A stretch of 64,000 nt of DNA from Octopus sinensis (GCF_006345805.1 NC_042998.1:70060001-70124000); one strand, 5' to 3'. Counted from the stretch's first letter, positions 25,590-38,712 are shown. Translations and numbers: made by a program. Notes: generated from the letters alone by a model not told the origin.

Positions 25590-28500
25590 TTGACAGTATA
25601 TACATAATATGAGTACACCTAGCAAATAGCATTACAAGCACTATTTTCTGTATTGTCTGCATAGTTGGTTATGTAGTTATCTGTATTTGTTTCAATCATT
25701 TCAAAGGCATCTATTATTACTAAGATTGCGTCTACTTTCAAATCCCACATTCTGGTAATCTTTATTTCTAGATCTTTGTATTTGGATAATTAAGTAATTT
25801 CTTTTATAACTTTCCTGATAATCATTGAGAATATCCTGATACTTCTTGATGGCAATATCCAGTCGCTTAGCATTGATATCCCCACGTATGTGATCTGCTT
25901 TATCAAAAAGTATGATCATTTTATCATTCACTGAAACTCTTCATGCCTTATATTTATACAACCTCCATTTCATTAGTGTTTCGTAATACTAATATACTTT
26001 CCAGACTAGGAAGGCCTCAACTCTGCCATGCTTCTCAATGTAAGACTGGACAGTCAGAGACCAAAGTAGGAAATTGTCTCTTCCTGGTTACCCCATATCT
26101 GCAGTTACGGCATTCAATTTCCTTACATGCTTTTGCGGTTTCTGGCAAGAAGATCTTATTTTTACCGTAGTCAAGAATTGTTCAGTTTTAGCTTTGAGTT
26201 CTGCTTTTGTCAGCTAGTGTTGCGATTGTTCTTTATCTTTTCTCCTCTATTCAGTATTTTCATCTTTTGGTCCTGTATGGATTGTTTATGATTTTATTTA
26301 ACTATGGCATTCTATTGCCTCATTTTCCCCCTCAACAATTTCTGTTAATCTTTCTTTTTCTCCTTGCAACTATCGTTTATTCCAGCCTTTCTTTTATATC
26401 TGTTGACTTTCCTGCTGACAGAGAACATTTTTTTCATTTGTTTGCCGGTATTTTGTAGTTATTTGTATTAATTTTCCACTATTTTTATTAGATAATTTTG
26501 TAGTTCTTCAGTGGATATTTGATAATAGTTTTCTATTTGCCTGTATTTGTAATAAATACAGGGTGTTCCAGAAGTCTTGGCACATTTTGACATTGAATAT
26601 CTTTGGAAGGGGAGGCACATAGAGCAGTTCTTTCACAAACCCCAACAAAAAGAAATCGCAGAGTGTGAGATCTGGAGACCTGGGAGGCCAGGCATGAGAA
26701 CGCGATCATCTCGCCCAGACCGTCCAATCTATCTGTCTAGCAGTGTTGTGTTCAGATACTGCCTAACCCTGAAGCTCTAGAGCGGTGGTGCCCTAATCTG
26801 TTGGAAAATGAAGTCGTCAGACTCTTCCTCACTCAACTTATCCATTAACCAGTTTTCCAGCATGTCGAGGTACGTGTCACCATTGACTGTTGCTCCTTCA
26901 AAGAAGAATGGTCCGTAGACAGCTTTCTTGGACATGGCACAAAACACGTTCACCTGTGGGGAATCTCGCTGGTGCTCAAGAAGTTCATGTGGGTTTTTTC
27001 AGTACCCCATATACGAGTGTTATGCTTGTTAACTTTGCCCTTTACGTGGAAGGTCGCCTCATCGCCAAAAACAAGCCGGTCATCAAATCCGTCATCTTCC
27101 AACTTCTCTTGCTTTGCAATGCAAAAGTCACGACGAGCTGGTTTATCAGTGTCCTGCAACTGTTGGACTAACAGTAACTTGTAAGGCGTCATCTGCAGTC
27201 GTCTTTTTAAGATACGCCAAGCAGTTGTTGTAGGAAGCTGAAGTTCCCTACTGGCTCTTCCAATCGATTTACGGGGGCTCCGATCGAAGGCAGTTCGAAC
27301 TCGTTCAACCGTATCATCTGAAGTTGAGGGGCGTCCCGTTCTCTTAGCTGGGCAAAAACACCCATCCCTCATGAATTTACCATTCCATCTCAATATGGAC
27401 TTCCTTTCTGGTGCCTCTTTTCGGAATTTTGTGCGAAATGCACGTTGAACAAGTGTCCATGATTCAGTTTTTACAAATTCAAGTACGCAAAACGCCTTTT
27501 CTGGTTGAGTGAACGCCATTTCTGGATCTGAAAAAAATATGAAAAAATCATTAGCATTACAAAAAAAAAATTAATGAATTTAGCTTTAAAATGGTACCAG
27601 TTTCATCTTACTACCAATCATAGTCCAGCAGATATGAGGACTTGAAATGTGCCCAAGACTTCTGGAACACACTGTATAGTTTTTGAGTCAGATTTTGGTT
27701 GGTGTATTCTAAGCGCAGTGATAAATTTTCTTTCTGTTTTCTGATTAATACTAATAATTTGTTTTGCAGCTAGTTGAAAATATGACTTCATCTTATTATT
27801 GAGACAGCTAGAATATCGATGTCTAATTCATTAGATTATTTTAAAAATTTATTCTAATACATCTATTATACGTATCTTCCAAACCTCTTCTTTAATTTGT
27901 ATGTGTTACATTCTGTCTCGATCATTAATTTCTAAACATTTTTAATCGGTGTTGGTCTATTTCTGTTTCTTTATTTAGCACGATAGTGCAATTCTTAATC
28001 AGTTTTCCTCTCTTCAAAGTTGCTAGCCGTATTTTTATAATTCAAATCTCATATCATTTCATGATGTAGTAAATTCATGAACAGTCTGTGGGTGTGTTTC
28101 TATTTGTTCATTATCTGGTGTTTTTTAGTTGTACGTTTGTTTTCTGTTTTCGTAGCATTGGGGATATTACTTGTTTAGATGCTGCTCTCGTTACGACATT
28201 TCTCGTCTGAAACAATCCATTTGCTACCCAGATTATCCCATCCTCGAACTTTCCTTCTTCCTTTGCCCTTGATGTTGCATTTCTTTCTTTTTTATTGTTA
28301 CCTTGTCCTTGATAAAATCATCTATGGTTGGAGCCGAACTGTTTTCTTTTTATATATTTATTCAAAGAATCATTGTCGCTTTTTCTACTGACGGATCTGT
28401 TGTGATTTAATGAGAGTCTCTAGATCAGACGTTCCTTATTTCGAGTACTTTATTTCTGTTATATTTCCAATGTATTTGTTGTCTCCTATTCTCAGTTGTG

Positions 28501-29100
28501 CCTTTTCGTTATTGATTTCATTAAAGATTGAGAGACCATTTCTCTTATATGTTTTATTTTTCCTGTATGTTTGTTTTCTATATTGTTTGTGGGAAGCGAG
28601 TGATATTCCTTTACGAATAGATCTGAGTGAGAACCCAATTTCCTTTGAGACTACAGAGGCTGTTGTATATATTACTTTAGTTTATCCTTCTGGTATTGAT
28701 GTCCATGTCTGTTTTCATTAATTCTGAGATCGCTGTTTTATTACCGTTGCTATTTTATTCTTGAGTTTCTTTAGTCCTTATAGGAATATCTATTTAGCTT
28801 ATTTTTTATTGTGGTGTCTTGCCTTTTTCGAAGCTTAGTGTCTGGTTCAATTGTATTAGCATTATAGACCGTCTCAAGTTCTGCAAGTCCTCTTCTTTCA
28901 TTTTGCCAAGCTGACATACATGCGATGTATGTCAGCTTATCTGTGATAAATTTTGTTAGCGGTTTTCGTGTTTCCGTGTCTATTATTTTTGTTTATCTCT
29001 TGCATAATCCAATTTACCACACTGAAATTATAGTTTGCTCTCGTGACTGTTGGGGTGTTAATTATTTTCCATCTTAATGTTTTAATTGAGTTCGCAGTTT
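25590..29100 (-). pseudogene. R4/Dong-like LINE relic (copy A): N-terminus, RT core largely deleted, RT C-terminus, zinc knuckle and RLE; interrupted by a DNA transposon
   Basis: Minus-strand fragments in order: VIYTTASVVSKEIG, KQFGSNHR*FYQ, ATLKRGKLIK, RIHQPKSD, DKEQSQH*LTKAELKAKTEQF, CRNC...EETISY.VSDCPVL, NAKRLDIAIK, SKYKDLEIKITRMWDLK, TIQKIVL. 5' limit uncertain; may extend to ~30450. Confidence 0.7.
26559..27674 (-). mobile_element. Tc1/mariner transposon of the rosa/DD41D-like group (DUF4817-like N-terminus), defective
   Basis: TIRs cagggtgttccagaagtcttggcacattt / aaatgtgcccaagacttctggaacacactg, TA flanks; ORF 26950-27519 with FGDEATFHVKG; downstream WPPRSPDLTLCDFFL; stops and frameshifts present. 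Confidence 0.9.
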
Positions 29101-30756
29101 AGGATCATCATAGCCCGTCAGATATCCCTTTCGAATTGAGTTTTCTTCTTTCTTGCGTGTAGAATCTGTTCACCTTCATTGATCTGTTCTCATTTCCATT
29201 AATATCAGGATGATTTCAATGCCACTATTATCGGCTTCGTCGAAATTTACTTTTTGATTTATTTCTAAAGCGCAAACATCATACTTATGTAAAAAGTACA
29301 AAGTTCCACAACTTAGAAAATATTTTCTAACTATCTCAGACTTGCATAGCTCAGTATTACCCATACTGATTATTGTCACTCCAACCTTGTTGCCATGCCC
29401 TATACAGTATAGAGTGGTAGTTAACAGGACAACGGCCATACAAGAAATATAAGCGGTGGAAGTAAATATTCTTGCAATACGATCATTTTGATATAAGTAA
29501 TGTCAAATTGCAGGACACCTTCAAATTTTAGTATCTTATTTATTTTCTATCCTGACACGCTTTTTCGCGAACCATATAGCTACTGATGATTTATTTTGCA
29601 TCTCTTTAACTTAATAATCCATGAATATAATACTCTGATCTATATTTTTTAATGGAATCTAGCCAAGCTGTATGGAGATCCACTCTCTGCCCTTCATTTA
29701 ATACCTTCATATTTATCAAAAACTGGCCTTTACAAGCAAGCATATCAACCCCATAATGTAACCTTTTCTCCACATAGAAGATTATTTCTGTTAAGGTGTT
29801 GATCTGGTAGAAAACATAAAGACATGTAATTGACTTGTAGTTTATGAGTAGATACGTCTCTGTTTTTTTTTGTTTGTTTTTTTTTTCTTGCAACAGGTGG
29901 TGAGCACATTATTTACTTCAATCATTTGATCTTATTTTAGTGTAAGATGTCTTTGATTTAAAGAAAAAAGAATTTACCGATTGTTGGTGATTTCCAGTCA
30001 CCTTTTCCTATCATGACTTCAATTTGTTCATTATATTTTCCATTGTCATGTTTCTCCAGTCTTGTGGTACCACGCCATTCAATTTCTTTTTGCTTTATCG
30101 GTTAGGTCAATTTTTTTACGGGATTTTACACATATTTTAATCCCAAATTTTTCTACATTTTTACTTTGCAGATTTTTCGCCTATTTTCTTTATTATTTTG
30201 TTTGCTGTAAATAGTTTATCTTCTCGAAATACATGGATTAATTTGTTTGAATTGTTTGATTCGTCTTTCAAATCCTTTTTTTTTTCCGATTTTTTTCTTT
30301 CTTAGATTTTAAAACCATGTCCGTCTTGAACTTTAAGTTTTCTGTGTAACTTTTCTTGTTTTGGGGGACGACATTTTTGTGTCTCCTTTGGATTTTATCT
30401 AGTACAACTATATATTTTCTCTTAAGGTATAACTCCTGTTGAATCATATTTTCAGACAATAAATTTTAGCTTTTCCACTGTTCTCTCTTATTTCGACTTC
30501 TAGTCTCTGGTTTACTACACACGCTATGGTGTACATTATTTGGTTTAGGACTGTTATATTTATGTAATTTATTTCCCTTCCAATTACGTCTTACGCACTG
30601 TTAACGTTTTGATTAGACTCTGTATTTTTATAAAGTTGTATACTATGGTGTTTCTTTGTAATTTCTGCGAATTTTATCTATTCAAGCACTTGCTTCATTT
30701 CATCTTAGGTATTTCATAAGTCCCTACATTCATTTGTGTTGGTACTAATGATTCTC

Positions 30757-30759
30757 TCC

Positions 30760-30822
<63 letters not shown>
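30757..30822. repeat. (ATT)n microsatellite
   Basis: Directly visible. Confidence 0.95.
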
Positions 30823-30823
<1 letters not shown>

Positions 30824-31405
30824 GGTTTAGAGTAGCCTGTTCTTTGATTGATGTTACTTAATCTCTAGTGTGTTTCAGAGGTATTGTGTTGTACTACCTG
30901 TATAGTCAGTTCTTCTAGAGTCTATGCTTGTGTTGTACTCTCTTAAAGTGTTTGTTGTGTTGCCTGTATTTTCAGTACTGATGTGGTCTGTATTTATGCT
31001 CTTTTCAATCAAGGTGTTAGTTGTGTCCCTTTATATCCAATTCTACTGTTGTAATGTTTTATACCGTTGTAGAGTAGGTTGTGTTCATATCATTTTGCCT
31101 TAGAATTTATTTAGTATTTTCCTGTTCAATTAAAGTTGTTCTGGTCTTTTATTGTAATGTACTTCGTACATTTGATAATTGTTAGCTGTTAATTTGTAGG
31201 CGGATTTCAGGATAGCATAAAGCAGTAGACGGTGGAGAAATGGTAGCGAAAAACATTATTTTGTGCCACCCCTTATTTGGAGTTCAAATCCTGCTGTAGG
31301 ATTTGTCTTTTTCCCTCTCCGAATCGATAAAATAAGTATCAGTCAAATAATGGAGTCTGTTTACTCAGTTAAGCCCTTCCTAGTAATATCTTACATTGTA
31401 CCCAT

Positions 31406-31620
31406 GGCGACGAGCTGGCACACTCGTTAGCACGCAGGGCAAAATACTTAGCTTCATTTCGTCTGTTTCCACGTTCTGAGTTCAAATTCCACTGAGGTCG
31501 ACTTTACTTTTCATTCCTTCAGGGTCGATAAAATAAGTACCAGTTCAGACCTGGGGTCGATGTAATCGACTTACCTTCTCCCCCGAAATTGCTAACCTTG
31601 TGCCAAAATTTGAAATCATT
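31406..31620 (+). mobile_element. Family B SINE seeding an (ATT)n tail
   Basis: ggcgacgagctggcacactcgttagcacgc...gtgccaaaatttgaaatcattattatt; a more degenerate copy precedes it at ~31228-31370. Confidence 0.85.
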
Positions 31621-31760
31621 ATTATTATCACTATTATTATTATTATTATTATTATTATTATCATTATTATCATTATTATTATTACTGTAGTGAGTGTAAT
31701 GAAACTGATGATTGTGATTCAGGTATGAAATACGCCACCACCACCACCACCACCACCACC

Positions 31761-31791
<31 letters not shown>

Positions 31792-32182
31792 TCATTCTCT
31801 GTTGTCGCAATATTCCACATTTCTTCCTTTACAAAAGCAGCCGGAGCAACAACAGCAGCAGCAGCAGCAACAACAACAACATCAGCAATAACAACATCAA
31901 CTAGAAAACAACAGTAAGAACAGCAATAACAACATCAACATCAACAACAATAACAATAACAACACCAAGTGTGAAGAGGACAGATAATAACAACAACCAC
32001 CTCCACCACCAACATCACCACAAACAACACCACTATAACAACAACAACAACAACAGCAACAACAACTGTGCAGGGGGTGAGACATAATGACAATATTTAC
32101 AACAACAACAACAAGAATAGACAGGAACTGTTTAACAACAACAATAACAAAACAAAAACAACAATAAACAATGATAACAGCG

Positions 32183-32215
<33 letters not shown>

Positions 32216-32459
32216 AAAGTGGCATCAAATATGAAGGCAGGAATAGCACAATGCCAAATATAGGGGAACAAAAAAATGCTAGTGTCTTGTATGGAAATCA
32301 ATGGGCGTGACAGACAGACAGGCAGACAGACAACGATATAGTGGTGGCGGCTGCCATCTTTAAACTGGCTTCACTTCACGCTCCATTGATTACTGAGTGA
32401 TTAGGGCATATTCATAACACCAGCTGAATTGTGGCATCATCCACACCACCACCACCACC

Positions 32460-32491
<32 letters not shown>

Positions 32492-32826
32492 CAACATTGC
32501 CGCTACTACTGTAGCTATATAATGCAATGTGGGAAGCGTCTTCGTGCTAGAAATAGTAGCCAAAATTACACAGAAATTAGACGTTGCCAGCTTAATCAAG
32601 GCAGGCTGCACTAGATAATGTAGTACTAGATATACTGTGACAGAACAAAAAAGAAAAAAAAAAATTTTTAAGCTATGATTGTCACGGGTGGAAAGTCTAA
32701 GACGATCATAGGAGAGCGGGATCGGGGTAGACCTTGGGCCAAACAACCTCTGTTGCCAATATCACAAACACTATTATTGTCACCACCACCACCACCACCA
32801 CCACCACCACCACCACCACCACCACC

Positions 32827-32866
<40 letters not shown>

Positions 32867-33420
32867 TACTACTACTACTACCAGAGCTTCTATCACCACT
32901 ATTACCAGCCCCACGATCATCATTACCACCATCACTACCACAATCACATCAACCCTTACCCATAAATGTCCCTACCACCATCACAACCGCCACTGCCACC
33001 GCCACTTGCCTCAGCCACCATCGTAACCATTATCGCCAACACCACTACCGCATTACCACCACCAACACTACAACATCAATACCCCATACACACCCCCACT
33101 TCCACAACGCTACTATACTGTATTTCCTCTCCTGGCTTCTGTTTATTTTATCGATTATATTTTGGCAATAAACATACGTGATTCATTCTGTATGGAATCA
33201 CAGCGGAATGTGGGAGCAGTGGTGGGAGGTGGTAATTGTGGTGATGGTTGTGGTTGTAGTGGTGATGATGGTAATGGTAGTAGTAGCAGTGGTGGTGGTG
33301 GTGGTGGTGGAGGTGGTGGTGGTAGTACTGGTGGTGGTGACAACAGTGGTAGTGCTAGTTCATACTTCAGTAGCGGTGATATATTTGGAAGTAGGGTTAT
33401 TGTGGCAAGAACAGAGCCAT
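31621..33420. repeat. Compound trinucleotide low-complexity region (ATT, ACC, ACT, AAC, AGC; GGT on the right)
   Basis: Directly visible; generates poly-P/T/Q/H pseudo-ORFs in several frames. Confidence 0.9.
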
Positions 33421-33744
33421 TGTGGCCATGTAAGGTTATTGTGAGCATATAGAGACATTGCGGCACAAATTGGGCTATTTTGGACCAACAGTGACATTGT
33501 GGTCAAGTAGAGCTTGTTAACTGTCGCAAGAAAGAGTACTAAATACCTAAGTAAGAATTAAGAATAATTCTTATTTTGGTTGAGTAAGTCTCTTGTTACT
33601 TTGAGTTTCGCCACTGAGTGCACAAGTTTTTTTTTTTTTTTTTGGCGACTTATTACTGATATATCCATCCATCCATCCATCCATCCATACATACATACAT
33701 ACATACATACATACATACATACACACATACATACATAAAGACAG

Positions 33745-34165
33745 CGAGTAAGGAAACATCTACCCTGAACTATTGAAAAACTTAGTTATTTACCCGGAAT
33801 ACTTATAAGTTCATGTTTATACCTGTAATTATTGGGGCACTTGAATGTTCTGAAAACCAGATAGGAGAAAGCTGATTCGAAGACCATGGATCCCAGCCGT
33901 CACTGTAACAGTAAAAATTTGTAAGATGTTTACCATTTAAGTATATATGCCCATGTATAGACATGCAACTATATGCATAAGAATATATACATGAAACAAA
34001 CATACAAATCTATACGTGCACTTACTACAAATACTGTACACATACACACATCCATGCAAAAAAAAAACTATCGACGTAGGTGAAATTCCAATGAAGGAAC
34101 CTTGGATCTAGGTTAGAAACCGGGTTTTCTCTATGGACAAGAAACCTTGAAACATAACTGAATAC
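33745..34165 (+). mobile_element. Second copy of the RLE-LINE 3' end seen at 6981-7660
   Basis: tataagttcatgtttatacctgtaattattggggcac = YKFMFIPVIIGAL; 3'UTR ttagaaaccgggttttctctat...gaaacataactgaata matches the reverse of 6985-7040. Confidence 0.75.
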
Positions 34166-34337
34166 TTTCTACTAGAGGCACAACGCCTGAAACTGGGGCG
34201 GGGGGGGGGAATAGTCGATTAGATCGACTCCAGTACGCGGCTGGTACTTAATTTAACGACCCCGAAAGGATGAAAAGCAAAGTCGACCTCAGCGGAATTT
34301 GAACTCAGAATGTAGCGGCAGATAAAATACCTATTTC
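34166..34337 (-). mobile_element. Family B SINE, 5'-truncated
   Basis: gtcgacctcagcggaatttgaactcagaa is the reverse of the family B core. Confidence 0.85.
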
Positions 34338-35187
34338 TTTGTATTTCTATGTATTAGAAAATCTAAAATAGATTTAATGTAACACGTACACAGTGACGAA
34401 CCAACAAATGTAAATAGAATTTGTTATTCTTTTCACAAACAGAACTGCAAGCTTACTACATTAAATTTATCTTAGGTTTTACAAAACTTGCCGTTTTTAC
34501 ATCAAATGTTCACTATGTATTAGTCAAATTATTTAAGCAATGTTTTAGTTTTTGTTTGATGTAAATAGCGATTGCTATCAAGTTCTCTTCACAAGCAGAA
34601 AGTGTATATAAGGGGTACCGGTCCTCAGAAGAGTGGTCAACTTTCTTTGAAACATGCCTGAATAATTTCCTTTGAGTTCAAAGTTGCTTATTTTACACAG
34701 TACAAGTCTTATAAATTGTTGGCTGACTATGTTAGAGGTATCTTATATACTCAGACTCACATATTCACATACACAAACACATATATGTAAGCATTTTAAA
34801 GCATTTTAAAATGTCGTGCCTCTGCTTCTTGGGATCTCCAAGTGACGAAGGCATGCACCAGCATGGCAAGATCAAAACAACATCATTTAGATCTCAACTA
34901 CCCATAAACTCAAGGTGCAGCCGTATGGACATCCAGAATGGCCACGGCTACTCGTGGTTTTACTACATTTGTGAGAAAATGCAGACGCGCATGGTAACCC
35001 AATCACTGCAGCTAAATATCCATCGTCTTGTTGTGAGTCTTTGAAGCTCGAATGCTGACTTGTGCTGGAAAAAAAAAACTGTTGGGTAAAATACTATCTA
35101 AATATAAAATTTTATGCGACAAATTTGAATGAAATTTGATGTTCGTTCGATAGGAGTACCACTTTAAATCCTCCGAGACTAGTAAAT

Positions 35188-35396
35188 ACTCTATTTTTTT
35201 TACTTGTTTCAGTCATTTTGACTGCGGCCATACTGGAGCACCGCCTTTAGTCGAGCAAATCGACCCCGGGACTTATTCTTTGTAAGCCCAGTACTTATTC
35301 TATCGGTCTCTTTTGCCGAACTGCTAAGTGACGGGGACGTAAACACACTAGCATCGGTTGTCAAGCAATGCTAGGGGGACAAACACAGACACACAA

Positions 35397-35462
<66 letters not shown>

Positions 35463-35627
35463 TACGACAGGCTTCTTTCAGTTTCCGTCTACCAAATCCA
35501 CTCACAAGGCATGGTCGACCCGGGGCTATAGCAGAAGACACTTGCCCAAGATGCCACGCAGTGGGACTGAACCCGGAACCATGTGGTTGGTTAGCAAGCT
35601 ACTTACCACACAGCCACTCCTGCGCCT
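35188..35627 (-). mobile_element. Full-length family A SINE, young
   Basis: Near-complete reverse match to 6552-6968, ending ccacacagccactcctgcgcct. Confidence 0.92.
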
Positions 35628-36140
35628 ATGAGAAGAATTAAAATTGCCAGAAAGAACAAAAAACTGCAGGTTTTAAGTAAGAGCGACATCCTTGGATGTG
35701 CATTTACATACAAATATGAATGCACAGATATATCCGCATGCATATATACACGCTACTTGAAAGCTGGTGACTTTCCTGATTTTATCAACCCATTGGCAGG
35801 TTTTTTGATCATTTTCATCCTGTTGGTGATCAAAAACCAATTTTCCCGCTAAGCTTGCTCGGTGGGGCAAGTAGGGAACCAGGAGAAAGAGAGCCATCAG
35901 GCTTACTCTCCACTCTATTTCATATTAAATTAATTAAGATTATAAATTTCGGAGTTGCTTCCCTATGTCTTTTGGACCAGATTTAAACATTTAGATAACT
36001 CTTATTCTCATGAGTGGGCTATCAATTTTAGTTAATAATTAAATTTTATTGACTAAATGTTAGTGGTCATTTTACTTATTAATATTGCCATGGTGTCTGG
36101 CCTTGTGCCAAAATTTGAAACAGATATTACCATAGTGTAA

Positions 36141-36562
36141 GGCGGTGAGCTGGCAGAAACGTTAGCACGCCGGGCGAAATGCTTAGCGGTATTTCATTTG
36201 CCGTTACGTTCTGAGTTCAAATTCCTCCGAAGTCTACTTTGCCTTTCATCCTCTTGGGGCCGATAAATTAAGTACCAGTTACGCACTGGGGTCGATGTAA
36301 TCAACTTAATCCCTTTGTCTGTCCTTGTATGTTCCCTTGTGAGCAATAAAGAAATAGGAATCGCTAGCACGCCGGGCCAAATGCTAAGCTGCATTTCGCC
36401 CGTCTTTACGTTCTGAGTTCAAATGCCACCGAGATCGATTTTGTATTCCATCCTTTCGATAAAATAAATCCCAGTAGAATACTGAGGTATACGTCATCCA
36501 ATTGTCCCCACCCCTCACCTCTCTCCCAAAAATTTCTGACCTTGTGCCAAAATGTGAAACCA
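36141..36562 (+). mobile_element. Two tandem family B SINEs (36141-36357, 36358-36562), preceded by a tail remnant at ~36097-36122
   Basis: Two successive gttagcacgccgggc...gagttcaaat heads and cores. Confidence 0.85.
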
Positions 36563-36563
36563 A

Positions 36564-37415
36564 TATGTGACAGGTACATATGTACATATAAATATATGGC
36601 GCTCCAGCATGGCCGCAGTTCAAAGAATAAAACAGGTAAAAAGAGATATATATGAAAATGCTCTCATATCTATGTAAAATACGTACATGCACATATATAG
36701 GTACACACATGCTCTAGATATGAACAGTGTATCGATTACAGTGTTATTGGTAATCTTAATCCAGGATTTTTAAGTACCAGTTAGGCACTGGGGTCGATGT
36801 AATCAACTATGGGTCTGGGAAGTGGTTAGTGCTGGTGCGTGCGTGGTGGTGTGTTGTGATATGATGTGTTGGGTGGTATGGTGGTGTAAGGTGCAGTGGT
36901 GTGTGGTGTGGTGTGATGGTGTTGGGAGGTGGGGGATGTGGGGGAGGCGGGAGTGGGGAAAGCAAGGGTGGGGTGTGTGTTAGGCTGAGGGTGATGACGT
37001 CACCAATGGTGTTGCACGATGACTTGGAAATATGTTGGTTTCCTGAGAGAGCAGCCATAGCAGTCATAATGTGGTAAGATGTTATAAGTTTTCTTTTCCC
37101 ATGGTATCGATCTATATAGGATTAATGAGGGAAGTACTTAAGTAGTCTGAAGAGTATAATTAAACACTTGTGATGAAAACTTCTTACGTTCTAAATCTGC
37201 TGCTCAAAAAATCATGGATTAAGATTAACCAATAACACTGTAATCGATACACTGTTCATATCTAGATCATGTGTGTACCTACATATGTGCATGTACGTAT
37301 TTTACATAGGTATGAGAGTATTTTCATGTATATCTCTTTTTACCTGCTTTATTCTTTGAACTGCGGTCATGCTGGAGCACCATACATTTATATGTACATA
37401 TGTACCAGTCACATA
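36564..37415. repeat. ~208-bp inverted duplication (36564-36771 / 37207-37415)
   Basis: For example gaacagtgtatcgattacagtgttattgg versus ccaataacactgtaatcgatacactgttc; high identity with scattered substitutions. Confidence 0.9.
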
Positions 37416-38378
37416 CATCTTCTCTCTATATATAAACGGCAGTTTGTCTGTGCGTGTTTCTGTGTGTCTGTTTGCTTGTACCCTCACCCTGACCACGGCT
37501 TTCAACCGATTCTGATGAAACTTGACACACACATAGCCCAATGTCATAATTCAAAACTAACGCAGCCAAAATTTTGAAAAGTTCCCCCAGTTCTGAAAAA
37601 AATCGATAAATTCGACATGGGGTCGAGAATCAGAAACACGAACCACAAACTGTATAGGGGACGCAACTCCATCCTTTTTTAACTCTCAAAAAAAAATTTA
37701 CCATCATTTTTTTCCATTTTTTTGCTATTTTTTGGCTATAACTCTCTAAAAATGCTTTATAGTTATTTCCCTTACAAACCTGAGCAACGCCGGGCGATAC
37801 TGCTAGTATACATATAAATCTCGATTTAAATGACTAGTAACGAGAAAAAGGCGACTTAATTGCAAAAGACTCGTTGAATGTAAGGCAATCTTGGAGCCAT
37901 TGTTACTATGTTTTCATGTAAAAGCAAAAATGCTTTTGTGCAAAATACATTTCACTTTTCTTCTTGACACGAATGACAACTAACCAAGACAAATATAAGT
38001 TTATATGGACTAATAGTAAATTGGATTTATTTCATGATGTAATCTGCAAAATACCGAAATGTTCACGGTCCTGTGCTCTCTCTCAAGCACTCACTGTCAC
38101 ATACACACACACTCAGGTAATAAATTCACACACGCGTCCGTGTACTTATATATTACACACACACACACATATATATTCACTCAAGCACATATGTATATGT
38201 TTGTGCATATATATATATATATACCCACACCCCACCTCTACCCCTACTCTCAGCCTAACCCACACCCTACCATTGCTTTCCCCACTCCCGCCTCCCCCAC
38301 CGCCCAAAACCATCACACCATTGGACCTTACACCACCATACCACCCAACACATCATATCACAACACACCACCACGCAC
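36838..38378. repeat. ~140-bp inverted duplication (36838-36989 / 38249-38378)
   Basis: gggaggcgggagtggggaaagcaa...ttaggctgag versus ctcagcctaa...ttgctttccccactcccgcctccc. Confidence 0.85.
37418..37806 (+). mobile_element. Non-autonomous Helitron
   Basis: A|TC start (tcttctctctatatataa), GC-rich subterminal motif cctgagcaacgccggg, CTAG|T end; inserted in an AT dinucleotide with no TSD. Confidence 0.8.
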
Positions 38379-38494
38379 ACGTCAAGAACACCAGTCCTCT
38401 TCCACACGCACATACAACTCTCTTATACACACGCACGCGCCTCTTCGTTTTGGGATCACCACCACTTTGTTATCTTCCCTTGTCCTGAGTTCTC

Positions 38495-38712
38495 CTGTCC
38501 GGCCTTAGCCATGATAGATCGCTAGCCACTACACATTCTTTATTTTCTCTCCTTGTTTCTTTCTGTGTTCCTTTGTGTAGAAGAGCGTAGGCTCGAAACG
38601 TTAAAGACTTTTTCACTTCCTGAACGTTATACTAATACATCTACTTGTTGTCTACACCACTTGTCTTCGTCTTTTGTTTTTTTTTCTTTTTGTGAATTCT
38701 CCGTATATATAT
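38495..38712 (+). mobile_element. Penelope-like terminal-repeat fragment with a degenerate minimal hammerhead (38571-38606)
   Basis: cttt-GTGTAGA-A-gagc-gtag-gctc-GAAACGTT-aaag; ends in (TA)n. Confidence 0.6.

Noticed and set aside
27680-30450. Initial reading as an RTE-clade LINE
   Set aside because: Other frames give ordered R4/Dong-type motifs (ATLKRGKL, RIHQPKSD) continuous with the RLE C-terminus across the inserted transposon.
31897-33466. Poly-Q/H/P/T/G ORFs (also 55823-56763)
   Set aside because: Trinucleotide tracts open in many frames; no splice structure or complex domain supports a real low-complexity protein.
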